Position numbers and translations under genes: made by a program | Shown: piece by piece, positions 9,739 to 18,657 of the stretch | How the letters are laid out: each line of letters opens with the position of its first letter | How positions within the stretch are numbered: position 1 is the stretch's first letter | Notes under the pieces: model-generated | The model's database searches: none | What the model was told of the DNA's origin: nothing | The model's input: only the letters and a program-made list of their open reading frames with translations | NCBI GenBank assembly: GCA_963765935.1 | Contig: CAVXXX010000001.1 | Span: forward strand, 1,446,304-1,510,303 | Direction of reading: 5' to 3' | From: Candidatus Eremiobacteria bacterium | GTDB taxonomy: Bacteria; Vulcanimicrobiota; Vulcanimicrobiia; Vulcanimicrobiales; Vulcanimicrobiaceae | DNA: 64,000 nt

Positions 9739-10165
9739 GCCGAGCCTTTACACGGTTCTCAGGCACCGCTTGGCCGCTCGTTGGTACGATGGGGCGGTGA
9801 GCGTTTCAAGCGTGCCCGGCTTCGGAGTCCTCGGTCTCAACGGCGACGGCTCCTCCTCGCAGTCGTCCACGCCGCCGTCGACGGCCTCGACTTCCCCGAA
9901 CGCTTCGTCGGGCAGCAGCTCTTCGTCGACGACGACCGCTGCTAAGAACCCGTATCAGCAGACCTACGACCAGATCGAGACGTGGTCGGCGCAGTACTTG
10001 ATGCAAGCGGTCGAGTACGGGGCGCCTCCGATTCCGCAGTTCACTGCCGGCCAATCCGTCGATTCATTCGCGCAGCTCACCAATACGCTCGCCGCCATCC
10101 AGCCGGGTATCCAGAACGGCATCTATGGCGGCGGAACCGGGACGAACGTTAACACGACGGCGTAA
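9692..10165 (+). CDS. Hypothetical Ser/Thr-rich protein (real start possibly GTG 9797)
   Basis: Open frame with high GC3. Low-complexity SSSQSSTPPSTASTSPNASSGSSSSSTTT is followed by a structured-looking C-terminus. ATG 9692 lies inside the upstream ORF. Confidence 0.4.
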   Translation: MPTARSGRWFHRGGPKPSLYTVLRHRLAARWYDGAVSVSSVPGFGVLGLNGDGSSSQSSTPPSTASTSPNASSGSSSSSTTTAAKNPYQQTYDQIETWSAQYLMQAVEYGAPPIPQFTAGQSVDSFAQLTNTLAAIQPGIQNGIYGGGTGTNVNTTA

Positions 10166-10248
10166 CGCTCCCCAGGGACGCGTCGGAATCGCCCCGAACC
10201 ACGGGCGGTTCATTTAAAAGAGCAACAAGAAAGAAACTAGGAGTAATT

Positions 10249-12501
10249 GTGCCCGAATCCGTGACCTTAGAGGTCGGCGGGCGCACGATGGTCATTGAAA
10301 CCGGCGAACTCGCGAAGCAAGCAAACGGCTCCGCGTTGATCCGCTATGGCGACCAGAACGTCGTGCTCTGCGCCGTCACTGCCTCCGAGAACCCTCGTGA
10401 AGGCATCGACTTTTTCCCACTCACGTGCGATTTCGAAGAGAAGATGTATGCAGCCGGAAAAATTCCGGGCGGCTACATCAAACGCGAAGGGCGTCCGCCC
10501 GAGCACGCCGTGCTCAGCTCGCGCCAAATCGATCGCCCGATCCGCCCTCTTTTCCCCGAAGGCTTCCACAACGACGTGCAGATCGTCGCGACGGTGCTTT
10601 CAATCGATCCCGAACTCGATGCCGACGTCCTCGGCGTGTGCGCCGCGGGCGCCGCGCTCGCAGTTTCGGATATTCCGTTCGAAAAGCCGGTTGCCGCCGT
10701 ACGCGTCGGCCGCGATGAGAACGGCAAGTTCATCTGCAATCCGACGTTGCCGCAATATGAAACGGGCGGCATGGACATCATCATCGCCGGAACCGACGAT
10801 GCGATCATGATGGTCGAGGGCGGCGGCCATGAAATTTCCGAGGAAGATTTCCTCGGTGCCGTCGAGTTCGCTCATACCGAAATCAAGAAGATCGTCAAAG
10901 CGATCAATCAGCTCGCGAAAAAAGCCGGCAAAGAGAAGCGCGAATATCCGCTCAAGAAGATCAACAGCGATCTCGATAAGTGGGTTCGCAAGAACTTTGC
11001 AAAAGACATCGCGAAAGCGATGCGCATCATCGATAAGCAGAAACGCCAAGAGGCGTTCGATGCGATTACGGTTGAAGAAGCGATCGCGCGCTGCGGCAAA
11101 AAAGACGAAGACGTCAAAGCGATGCTCGAAGACTCGACGTTCGGCAAAGAATTCGGCAAGCTCCTCAAAGCGATGCAAGAGGATGAGCTTCGCACGATGG
11201 TCGTCGACGAAAATATTCGTCCCGATGGCCGCAAGCCGAACGAAATTCGTCCGATTTGGTCCAAAGTGCACTACGTGCCGCGCGTGCACGGTTCCGGCGT
11301 TTTCACGCGCGGACAAACGCAAGTCTTCACGGCCGCAACGCTCGGCTCGACGAGTGACGCGCAGCGTCTCGACGGCATCGTCGCACTCGAAGACAAGCGC
11401 TATATGCACTTCTACAACTTCCCGCCGTTCTCAGTCGGTGAGACGCGTCCGATGCGCGGCCCCGGCCGTCGTGAAATCGGTCACGGCGCGCTCGCGGAAC
11501 GCGCGCTCCTTCCGGTGCTGCCGGCGAAGGAAGACTTTCCGTACACGATGCGTTTGATGAGCGAAGTGTTGGAATCGAACGGATCGTCGTCGATGGCGTC
11601 GGTCTGCGGTTCGACGCTTGCTCTCATGGACGCAGGCGTGCCGATCAAAGAGCACGTTGCCGGCGTTGCCATGGGTCTGATTCTCAAAGGTAAGGATTAC
11701 GCGATCCTTACCGACATTCAGGGCCTCGAAGACGCGCTCGGCGAGATGGACTTCAAAGTCGCGGGCACCAAAAAAGGCATCACCGCGATTCAGATGGACA
11801 TCAAGGTGCGCGGCATTACGGTCGAGATCATGCGCGAAGCGATGGCCGAAGCGAAGAAATCACGCTTCTTCATCATCGATAAGCTCGCTGAAACGATCGC
11901 CGAGCCGCGCACGGAACTCTCGAAGTTCGCGCCGCGCATGATCGTCGTCAAGATCAACCCGGACAAGATCAAAGATGTGATCGGTCCAGGCGGAAAGATT
12001 ATCAACAAGATCATTCAAGACACGGGCGTCGAGAAGATCGACATCGAGGACGACGGAACGGTGTTCATCACCTCGCTGGACGGCGAGAGCGGTGACAAGG
12101 CGAGACAAATCGTCGAGAACATCACCAAAGACGTCGTCGTTGGTGAAACGTATCTCGGTACGGTCACGCGTACGATTGCAATCGGCGCGTTCGTGCAGAT
12201 TCTTCCGGGCAAAGAAGGCCTCGTCCACATTTCACAACTGGCGCCGCAACGCGTCGAGAAAGTGGAAGACGTCGTCAAACCGGGCGATGAGATCATGGTC
12301 AAAGTCATGGAGATCGACGGCCAAGGCCGCATCAATCTCTCGCGCAAAGCGCTCCTCGCACCGGGAAGCGAAGAGCACACGCCGCGCGGTAACGGTGCAT
12401 TCCGTCCACGCGAACGCGAAGAATCCGGTGCAGCACCCGCTGGCCCCGGCGCACCGCCAACGCGTCGCCGCCGCCGCCCGCCGGGACGTCGCGAAGAGTA
12501 A
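10249..12501 (+). CDS. pnp: Polyribonucleotide nucleotidyltransferase (PNPase)
   Basis: Two RNase PH repeats (FPLTCDFEEKMYAAGKIPGGYIKREGRP; NFPPFSVGE), KH, and S1 (GETYLGTVTRTIAIGAFVQILPGKEGLVHISQL). GTG start 5 nt after AGGAG. Confidence 0.97.
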   Translation: MPESVTLEVGGRTMVIETGELAKQANGSALIRYGDQNVVLCAVTASENPREGIDFFPLTCDFEEKMYAAGKIPGGYIKREGRPPEHAVLSSRQIDRPIRPLFPEGFHNDVQIVATVLSIDPELDADVLGVCAAGAALAVSDIPFEKPVAAVRVGRDENGKFICNPTLPQYETGGMDIIIAGTDDAIMMVEGGGHEISEEDFLGAVEFAHTEIKKIVKAINQLAKKAGKEKREYPLKKINSDLDKWVRKNFAKDIAKAMRIIDKQKRQEAFDAITVEEAIARCGKKDEDVKAMLEDSTFGKEFGKLLKAMQEDELRTMVVDENIRPDGRKPNEIRPIWSKVHYVPRVHGSGVFTRGQTQVFTAATLGSTSDAQRLDGIVALEDKRYMHFYNFPPFSVGETRPMRGPGRREIGHGALAERALLPVLPAKEDFPYTMRLMSEVLESNGSSSMASVCGSTLALMDAGVPIKEHVAGVAMGLILKGKDYAILTDIQGLEDALGEMDFKVAGTKKGITAIQMDIKVRGITVEIMREAMAEAKKSRFFIIDKLAETIAEPRTELSKFAPRMIVVKINPDKIKDVIGPGGKIINKIIQDTGVEKIDIEDDGTVFITSLDGESGDKARQIVENITKDVVVGETYLGTVTRTIAIGAFVQILPGKEGLVHISQLAPQRVEKVEDVVKPGDEIMVKVMEIDGQGRINLSRKALLAPGSEEHTPRGNGAFRPREREESGAAPAGPGAPPTRRRRRPPGRREE

Positions 12502-12517
12502 CTCACCGCGTCGACAC

Positions 12518-12555
12518 AAAAGAGCCCGCATGAAAACTGCGGGCTCTTTTGTTTG
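12518..12555 (+). terminator. Rho-independent terminator of pnp
   Basis: AAAGAGCCCGCA-tgaaaac-TGCGGGCTCTTT followed by TGTTTG. Confidence 0.75.
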
Positions 12556-12659
12556 CGTGTTACGACTTTGCGTCTGAGGTCCCGTTTTTACGTTCGCTTT
12601 GCTGAATTTAATTCGTATGGACCATTGCGAAACGGCGGCAGAGCGCTCATTATAGCAAG

Positions 12660-12676
12660 CGTGCGCATTGCGCACG
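12660..12676. promoter_or_regulatory. Perfect 8+1+8 palindrome upstream of the lipoprotein pair
   Basis: CGTGCGCA-T-TGCGCACG, 16 nt before ATG 12693, just downstream of a TATAGC -10-like hexamer. Candidate operator or 5'-UTR hairpin. Confidence 0.3.
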
Positions 12677-12692
12677 TTTTCTAGGAGAAAAA

Positions 12693-13124
12693 ATGCAACG
12701 CACCTTCCACGCGCTCGCGGGCGTTATGACCGCGGCGTTGCTTGTCGTTACCGCAGGGTGTGGCGGTGGTGGCGCGAGTCCGTTTATCGGTCCTCCGGCG
12801 AAACCGGATCCGTCGCTTTCAAACATCGCGTTCGGAAGCTCGATCACGTGTTCAACGACCCCGTGCACGACGACGTTCACGGTGTCGGAATCCGGATACA
12901 ACGGCACGTTTACGGCGACGTCTTCAAACACGAACGTCGCAACGGTCGCGACCTCGACTTCGGCCGCACAAGCTCGTAAAGCGCAAGACAACACTGCGAC
13001 ATTTACGGTCACCGCCGTGAGTGGTGGCACTGCCACGATCACGGTCACCGATCAACATGGAAACTCCACGTCGATCCCAGTTACGGTTTCCTCACTCACC
13101 TTCACACCCCAGCTACAGCGCTGA
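12693..13124 (+). CDS. Lipoprotein with bacterial Ig-like (Big_2-like) domain
   Basis: Lipobox LLVVTAGCGGGG. TATFTVTAVSGGTATITVTDQHGNSTSIPVTV resembles Big_2. AGGAG precedes the ATG. Confidence 0.7.
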   Translation: MQRTFHALAGVMTAALLVVTAGCGGGGASPFIGPPAKPDPSLSNIAFGSSITCSTTPCTTTFTVSESGYNGTFTATSSNTNVATVATSTSAAQARKAQDNTATFTVTAVSGGTATITVTDQHGNSTSIPVTVSSLTFTPQLQR

Positions 13125-13135
13125 GGAGATTACCT

Positions 13136-15187
13136 TTGCTACGAAAGAGTTTTAACGCGACGGCGGCCGCAGTGGCGATCGCCCTCAGCCTGAGCGCGTG
13201 CGGCGGAGGCGGTACGTCCGCACTGCCCTCGACCGGCGCTCCTACAACCGGTTCGCCGACGCAAGACAAGACTGCGCAAGCGTCGATGACGATCAAGATT
13301 CCGGCGAAAGCCGTGAGCTCATCGTCGAAAGCACAATACATTTCGGCCAGCACGCAGTCGATGACCATCGGCATCGTGAGCGGCAGCAAAACAACGCAAC
13401 TCGCCGAAGTTGATTTGACGCCGGCGTCGAAGAGCTGCGCCGCACTCGCGGGCGGCGGACTTCAGTGCAACGTGACGTTCGTCGGCCAAGCCGGTAAGAA
13501 CATCTTCGCACTGAGCATGTACGACAAGACCGGCGGCAGCGGCAATGTCCTCTCGACGGGGAATGTTCCCGCCACATTGACGGCCGGCCAGAACACGAAC
13601 ATTGCGATCACGCTCGACGGTGTTCCGGCCAGCGTTGCGGCCGTGCTTGGTGCCGGAACTCTTCAAGTTGGAACTGCCAGCTCGACGAGCGTCATCGTCG
13701 TCGCGAAAGATTCGGATGGCAACATCATCGTTGGCCCCGGCGGCTACTCGACACCGATCACACTCGCTATTAAGGGCGATACGTACGGCACGCTATCACT
13801 TTCGAAGAGCGCCGTGGCCTCGTCCGGCGATGCGGTAACGCTCAGCTATAACGGCGGCACCAACGTCGGATCGACGATCGCACCGTCGATCGGAACTAAG
13901 CCGGGAACCGCGGCAAATTTCGCCGGCGAAGGCGGCGCGATAACATACATTGCGCCGACGCTCAACGGTGGCGGCAGCAGTCTGTATCCGTATAGCATCA
14001 CCGCTCTGCCAAACGGCTCCGCGGCGTTTTTAATCGGACGTTCTTACAGCTGTTGCCCGCCGCAGTTTTACGGGGCAATCGGCACGACGACATCTTCCGG
14101 AACCCAGGCCTACTTCGTAGGCGATACGAGCGATCCGTTTAATCCCGGTACAGCCACGTCGCCCTTCACTTCCGGTGTCACGGTCGTCCCGGGCATGAGC
14201 GTCACTCTCAACATGGACTCCATAACCGGCTGCTGCTCGACGATCCAGCAGCATCAGCTTACAAGTGACGCAAATGGCAACGTTTACTATGGCACTAACT
14301 TTACTTCCACGGCGGCCAACAACGGATGCGCCGGCGGTGGCGGAACGCTTGTAAGCGGCACGATTGGGAAGTTCAATCCGAACAACCACACGACGGTCGA
14401 AAAAGTTCTCAAAGGAAAGCCCTTGGTTCTGCAAACAGACAGTTCCGGAAACGTATGGTTCATCGAGCAGAGCGGCACATGTAACGGCTCAAGTCTTTTG
14501 AGCTCCGGCTATGGCATCGGCGAGCTGTCGTCCACGGGAGCACTCACCGAAACAGACTTCGCGACCGCGGGCATCTCGGCAACCACGGTAACCTCGATGT
14601 CTATTACGCCGAATGGAAGTCAAATGTTTATTGGCGACAACTCGGCTGCCACGATCACAAAGATCTCGACCTCTTCCCTCAGCGGAGCAACGAGTATCTC
14701 GCTCGCCGGGACGAACGCTAGCTCTCCCCTTTCGTTGGCCACAGCACCCGATGGGACGACATTGTGGTTCTCCAATACGTCAAGCGGTGACAGCTATTAC
14801 TATGGCTATATCCCAGGCTCGTCGGCTTTTTCAGCGGCGAACATCTCGCAAGGCTTATATCCCGTCTCGTACAGTGAACAGTACGACACCGTATATGCCG
14901 ACGGTAGCTTCTGGGGCGGTAATGAAGAAGGCGGCGGGTTCCAGCGCATTGCCGGCGTCGCCTCCGGAACGCCGCAATACCAGTTCTATGGCCCGAGCGC
15001 GTATTACAACGAACCGAGCGGTGTCGCCGCGGACACGACGCACGGCTACATCTGGGGCGCTGATTGGGATTACGGCTCCATCATGTTGTTGCAATATGGA
15101 GGCCTGAGCAACGCTACAACGACGATGGCCCGCAAGGTTGGAAACCTTAACACGACGCGCGCGAACACAGCGCTCCATAAGCACTAG
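13136..15187 (+). CDS. Large lipoprotein, Ig-like N-terminal repeats plus putative beta-propeller
   Basis: TTG start 8 nt after GAGGAG. Lipobox LSLSACGGGG. The C-terminal half has recurring blade-like motifs (SGNVWFIEQSG, TTLWFSNTSSG, GYIWGADW). Confidence 0.7.
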   Translation: MLRKSFNATAAAVAIALSLSACGGGGTSALPSTGAPTTGSPTQDKTAQASMTIKIPAKAVSSSSKAQYISASTQSMTIGIVSGSKTTQLAEVDLTPASKSCAALAGGGLQCNVTFVGQAGKNIFALSMYDKTGGSGNVLSTGNVPATLTAGQNTNIAITLDGVPASVAAVLGAGTLQVGTASSTSVIVVAKDSDGNIIVGPGGYSTPITLAIKGDTYGTLSLSKSAVASSGDAVTLSYNGGTNVGSTIAPSIGTKPGTAANFAGEGGAITYIAPTLNGGGSSLYPYSITALPNGSAAFLIGRSYSCCPPQFYGAIGTTTSSGTQAYFVGDTSDPFNPGTATSPFTSGVTVVPGMSVTLNMDSITGCCSTIQQHQLTSDANGNVYYGTNFTSTAANNGCAGGGGTLVSGTIGKFNPNNHTTVEKVLKGKPLVLQTDSSGNVWFIEQSGTCNGSSLLSSGYGIGELSSTGALTETDFATAGISATTVTSMSITPNGSQMFIGDNSAATITKISTSSLSGATSISLAGTNASSPLSLATAPDGTTLWFSNTSSGDSYYYGYIPGSSAFSAANISQGLYPVSYSEQYDTVYADGSFWGGNEEGGGFQRIAGVASGTPQYQFYGPSAYYNEPSGVAADTTHGYIWGADWDYGSIMLLQYGGLSNATTTMARKVGNLNTTRANTALHKH

Positions 15188-15219
15188 AACGAAGAAAGGC
15201 CACTAATCCTGGCCGCGAA

Positions 15220-15250
15220 GGGCTCGCAGCAATGCGGGCTCTTTTCTTTT
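15220..15250 (+). terminator. Rho-independent terminator after the lipoprotein pair
   Basis: GGGCTCGCA-gcaa-TGCGGGCTC (two G-U pairs) followed by TTTTCTTTT. Confidence 0.6.
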
Positions 15251-15264
15251 GTTATGCTAGGTTG

Positions 15265-15969
15265 ATGGAAACCATAGGACTTCTCGGCGGGATGAGCTGG
15301 GTCTCGACGCTGCTGTATTATCGCGAAATCAATAAGACGGTCGCCCAGAGGCTCGGCGGATCGCATTCGGCGAAGTGTTTACTGCATTCATTTGATTTTC
15401 ACGAAATTGAAGCGCTGCAAACGAGCGGCGACTGGGCCGCGGCCGGACGTTTACTGGGAGAAGCGGGCGAGGCACTAAAAAAAGCCGGCGCAGATTTCAT
15501 CGTCATCTGCGCAAACACCATGCATCTGGTTTCGGAGGACGTCGAACGCATCAGTGGACTGCCGGTGCTGCACATCGGCGATGCAACGGCCGATGCGCTT
15601 GTTGAAGCCGGCATTACGCGCGCAGCACTGCTCGGGACGCGCTACACGATGGAGAAAACGTTCCTGCGCGAGCGTTTGGAACGCCGTGGTATAGAGGTGT
15701 TGATTCCGCGCGATGAAGACCGCACAACGATTCACAAGATTATTTACTCCGAGCTCATCAAAGACATCGTCAATGAAGAGTCGCGCGAAGACATCCTCGA
15801 CGTGGTCGAACGCTTGCAGGACGCCGGTGCGCAGGGAGTCGTCCTGGGCTGCACCGAGCTCGAGCTGCTCGTGACGCCGCAGTATACGGATATGGCGCTC
15901 TTTCGAACCGCGGCCATTCACGCGCGGGCCGCGGCGGAACGCGCTTTGACCCGCAGCGCGGCAATATGA
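15265..15969 (+). CDS. Aspartate/glutamate racemase family protein
   Basis: IGLLGGMSW, FIVICANTMH and VVLGCTELELLV (two catalytic Cys regions). The start is placed after the terminator hairpin. Confidence 0.85.
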   Translation: METIGLLGGMSWVSTLLYYREINKTVAQRLGGSHSAKCLLHSFDFHEIEALQTSGDWAAAGRLLGEAGEALKKAGADFIVICANTMHLVSEDVERISGLPVLHIGDATADALVEAGITRAALLGTRYTMEKTFLRERLERRGIEVLIPRDEDRTTIHKIIYSELIKDIVNEESREDILDVVERLQDAGAQGVVLGCTELELLVTPQYTDMALFRTAAIHARAAAERALTRSAAI

Positions 15970-16030
15970 CAGCACGTGTCATATTTGGATTGGTAGACTT
16001 GGCGTAGCTACAACAAGAGAGGACTACGAC

Positions 16031-16396
16031 ATGAGCACTGCCACCACGACGATCATCAAGGGAATTGACATGGCCGGTTTCCTCGTCAAGGATCCGGCAA
16101 AAGCAGTCGCATTTTATCGCGATGTTTTAGGAATCGCGCCGACGGAGATTGACGAAGAAGGGCGCGGCGCCGAATTCACGCTCGCCGATGGAACGACGTT
16201 CGGCGTGTGGCGTCCGGAAGACGGCGAAACCGGCGGCTTCGTCATGTTTGCCGTCGACGATATCGAGCTGGCCACAAAAACGTTGCGCGCGCGCGGCGTG
16301 AATTTACCCGACGCGATGGAAAGCCCCGTGTGCCACATGACCTTCGGTCAAGATCCCGAGGGGAACGGCTTCATCATCCATCAACGAAAGAAGTAA
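16031..16396 (+). CDS. VOC (glyoxalase/bleomycin-resistance) family protein
   Basis: About 120 aa with the beta-alpha-beta-beta-beta pattern: VAFYRDVLGI...FGVW...FAVDDIE...GFIIH. Confidence 0.8.
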   Translation: MSTATTTIIKGIDMAGFLVKDPAKAVAFYRDVLGIAPTEIDEEGRGAEFTLADGTTFGVWRPEDGETGGFVMFAVDDIELATKTLRARGVNLPDAMESPVCHMTFGQDPEGNGFIIHQRKK

Positions 16397-16409
16397 TTCA
16401 CTTGCCGAA

Positions 16410-16435
16410 AAGGGCTCGCGGCGACGCGAGCCCTT
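16410..16435 (+). terminator. Stem-loop after the VOC gene (no U-tract)
   Basis: AAGGGCTCGCG-gcga-CGCGAGCCCTT, a perfect 11-bp stem. Confidence 0.45.
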
Positions 16436-16498
16436 CATGACCGGCTCTATGACATTAACGAAGTTTAAGAAGAGCTGCCTTCTTGGTATGAATCTGCC

Positions 16499-17221
16499 GT
16501 GGGAGACCATACGAGGAAGCAGGCGCCGCTCGCGACGCGCCTAGGAGCGGAACTCCTCGGCACGTTCATCCTGACATTCACCGCTGCCGGCGCAGATATT
16601 GTCGACCAGCTCTACCCTCACGGGATCGGTCATGTCGCTCGGTATACTGCTCCTGGAATCGCCGTAATGGCGATGATTTGGGCGCTCAGCGGCGTATCGG
16701 GCGCTCACATCAATCCCGCAATTTCGCTCGCCTTCTTCTTGCGTCGTGCCTTTGCGGGTTCGCTTGTTGTGCCGTATATGATCGCGCAACTCGTCGGCGC
16801 AACAATCGCGGGATTTCTCCTGCGCGCGATTTTCGCCGGCGACATTCCGCTCGCAATCACGAAACCACAACCGCCGTTTAACGAGACGGAAGCATTTGCG
16901 ATCGAAGTAGCCCTGACGGGAATACTCGCATTCACGATTCTCGGCACCGCCGAGCAAAAAGCCATCGTCGGAAAGAATGCGGCACTAGCAATTGGCGGGA
17001 TCGTAGCGATGTGCGGCCTTGCATTCAGTCCGCTCAGCGGTGCGTCGATGAATCCAGCGCGTTCGCTTGGCCCAATGATCGCATCTTTCGACCTCACCCA
17101 TTCACTGACGTACGTTCTTGCGCCGGCGATCGGCGCCGTAATCGCAGCCATTTTGTGCCGCCTCATATACGGTGCATGTTCGCAGGAATCGCGCGAGAGC
17201 GCGCAAGGGGAAGCCGCATGA
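16499..17221 (+). CDS. MIP-family channel (aquaporin/glycerol facilitator-like)
   Basis: Two NPA boxes (SGAHINPAISLAFF and SGASMNPARSLGP), six TM segments. Confidence 0.9.
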   Translation: MGDHTRKQAPLATRLGAELLGTFILTFTAAGADIVDQLYPHGIGHVARYTAPGIAVMAMIWALSGVSGAHINPAISLAFFLRRAFAGSLVVPYMIAQLVGATIAGFLLRAIFAGDIPLAITKPQPPFNETEAFAIEVALTGILAFTILGTAEQKAIVGKNAALAIGGIVAMCGLAFSPLSGASMNPARSLGPMIASFDLTHSLTYVLAPAIGAVIAAILCRLIYGACSQESRESAQGEAA

Positions 17222-17781
17222 AACAAGCCATCAATGCTACCCACTATGAAGCGATTCCCGCGCGCGTTAAAAACGGTGCGCGAGAACCCCGCGTGAACGC
17301 GATCATCGAAACTCCGAAGAACAGCCGCCACAAATATGCGCTGAAAAACGAGTACGGGATTATTGCCTTTCACGAGGTCATGCCGGATTCGATGCAATGG
17401 CCGTACGATTACGGCTTTATTCCACAAACGCTTGCACCCGACGATGACCCCTTAGACGTCCTCGTGGTTACGGACAACGGACTCTTCCCGGGATGTCTCA
17501 TCGAAGTGCGTTTGATCGGAGCGGTTCTCGAAAGTAAGGACGGCACGGACAATCATCGCACGCTCGGCGTGCCGTTGCCGAGCCCGGGCGCGCCGCGCAT
17601 GACCGACAGCGTGTACGAAACGCGCGATCTTCCGCCTACGATGCTCGACGAGATCTTGAATTTCCTCAAGACGTACTCAGAGCGCCAAGGCCACAAAGTT
17701 CAACAAAAGGGCGTCGTGAGTGCAGACGAAGCAATGCAGATCGTGAAACGGGCGCGAAAGGCGTACAAGAAGCAGCACTGA
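17218..17781 (+). CDS. ppa: Inorganic pyrophosphatase, family I
   Basis: ETPKNSRHKYAL, WPYDYGFIPQTLAPDDDPLDVLV. The ATG overlaps the aquaporin stop (ATGA). Confidence 0.9.
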   Translation: MKQAINATHYEAIPARVKNGAREPRVNAIIETPKNSRHKYALKNEYGIIAFHEVMPDSMQWPYDYGFIPQTLAPDDDPLDVLVVTDNGLFPGCLIEVRLIGAVLESKDGTDNHRTLGVPLPSPGAPRMTDSVYETRDLPPTMLDEILNFLKTYSERQGHKVQQKGVVSADEAMQIVKRARKAYKKQH

Positions 17782-17802
17782 TCTAAGCGAAGAGCAGGCG
17801 CC

Positions 17803-18636
17803 ATGGACAGCATCATCGTCACCGGCGCATCGAGCGGAATTGGATACGCGACCGCGCTCCGGCTCGCCGAGAGTGGCGCGCTCGTATTTGCCGGCGTTCG
17901 CAAAGAAGCAGATCGCGAGCGCATGAGCAGCGTCCATGGGAACATCCGGCCGATCATTCTCGACGTTACGGTCCCGGTCGATATAACGCGAGCCGTTGAT
18001 GCCGTGTGCGCTTCGCGAACGCCGCTGCGCGCAATTGTCAATAATGCCGGTATTGCCGTCGCCGGACCGCTCGAATACTTGCCTCTCGAAGCGCTCCGCG
18101 CACAATTCGAAGTCAACGTCATGGGTCCGATCGCGCTAACGCAGGCATCGCTTCCGCTTCTGCGCGAGACCTCGGGCCGCATCGTGTTCATCGGTTCGAT
18201 CGCAGGCCGCCTCTCCGCGCCGTTTGTCGGAGCCTACAGCGCATCGAAGAGCGCGCTTGCAAGCCTCGCCGACGCATTGCGGCAGGAGCTCTCGCCTTTC
18301 GGCATCTTCGTTTCGCTGTTGGAATTCGCATCGGTGAAAACGCCGATTTGGCAAAAGGGACGTGAAACGAAAGACGAACTGATTGCATCGATGCCGCCGC
18401 ACGCCGTCGCACATTACGGTAAAATGGTCGATGCGATCGTCGCACAAACGCAACGCGAGGAACGCGACGGCATGAACCCTGACGTTATCGCGAATACCGT
18501 CCTCGCCGCACTTCAGTCGCCGCGTCCGCGCGAGCGATACATCATCGGACGTAAGGCCCGAATTCAATCGATCGCCGCGATCCTGCCGCCGCGCACGCGC
18601 GACGCACTCGTGAAGCGCGCGATGCAGTTACCGTAA
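17803..18636 (+). CDS. SDR-family oxidoreductase
   Basis: TGASSGIGYATA (TGxxxGxG), NNAG, YSASKSAL (YxxxK). Confidence 0.9.
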   Translation: MDSIIVTGASSGIGYATALRLAESGALVFAGVRKEADRERMSSVHGNIRPIILDVTVPVDITRAVDAVCASRTPLRAIVNNAGIAVAGPLEYLPLEALRAQFEVNVMGPIALTQASLPLLRETSGRIVFIGSIAGRLSAPFVGAYSASKSALASLADALRQELSPFGIFVSLLEFASVKTPIWQKGRETKDELIASMPPHAVAHYGKMVDAIVAQTQREERDGMNPDVIANTVLAALQSPRPRERYIIGRKARIQSIAAILPPRTRDALVKRAMQLP

Positions 18637-18657
18637 CGTCAATGAGGAAAGTCTGAA

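Noticed and set aside
10600-11409. 269-aa ORF antisense to pnp, plus several other 100-160-aa ORFs across 10267-12675
   Set aside because: They lie entirely within the unambiguous PNPase gene. Their composition (Arg/Ala/His-rich, no motifs) is typical of GC-rich antisense frames.
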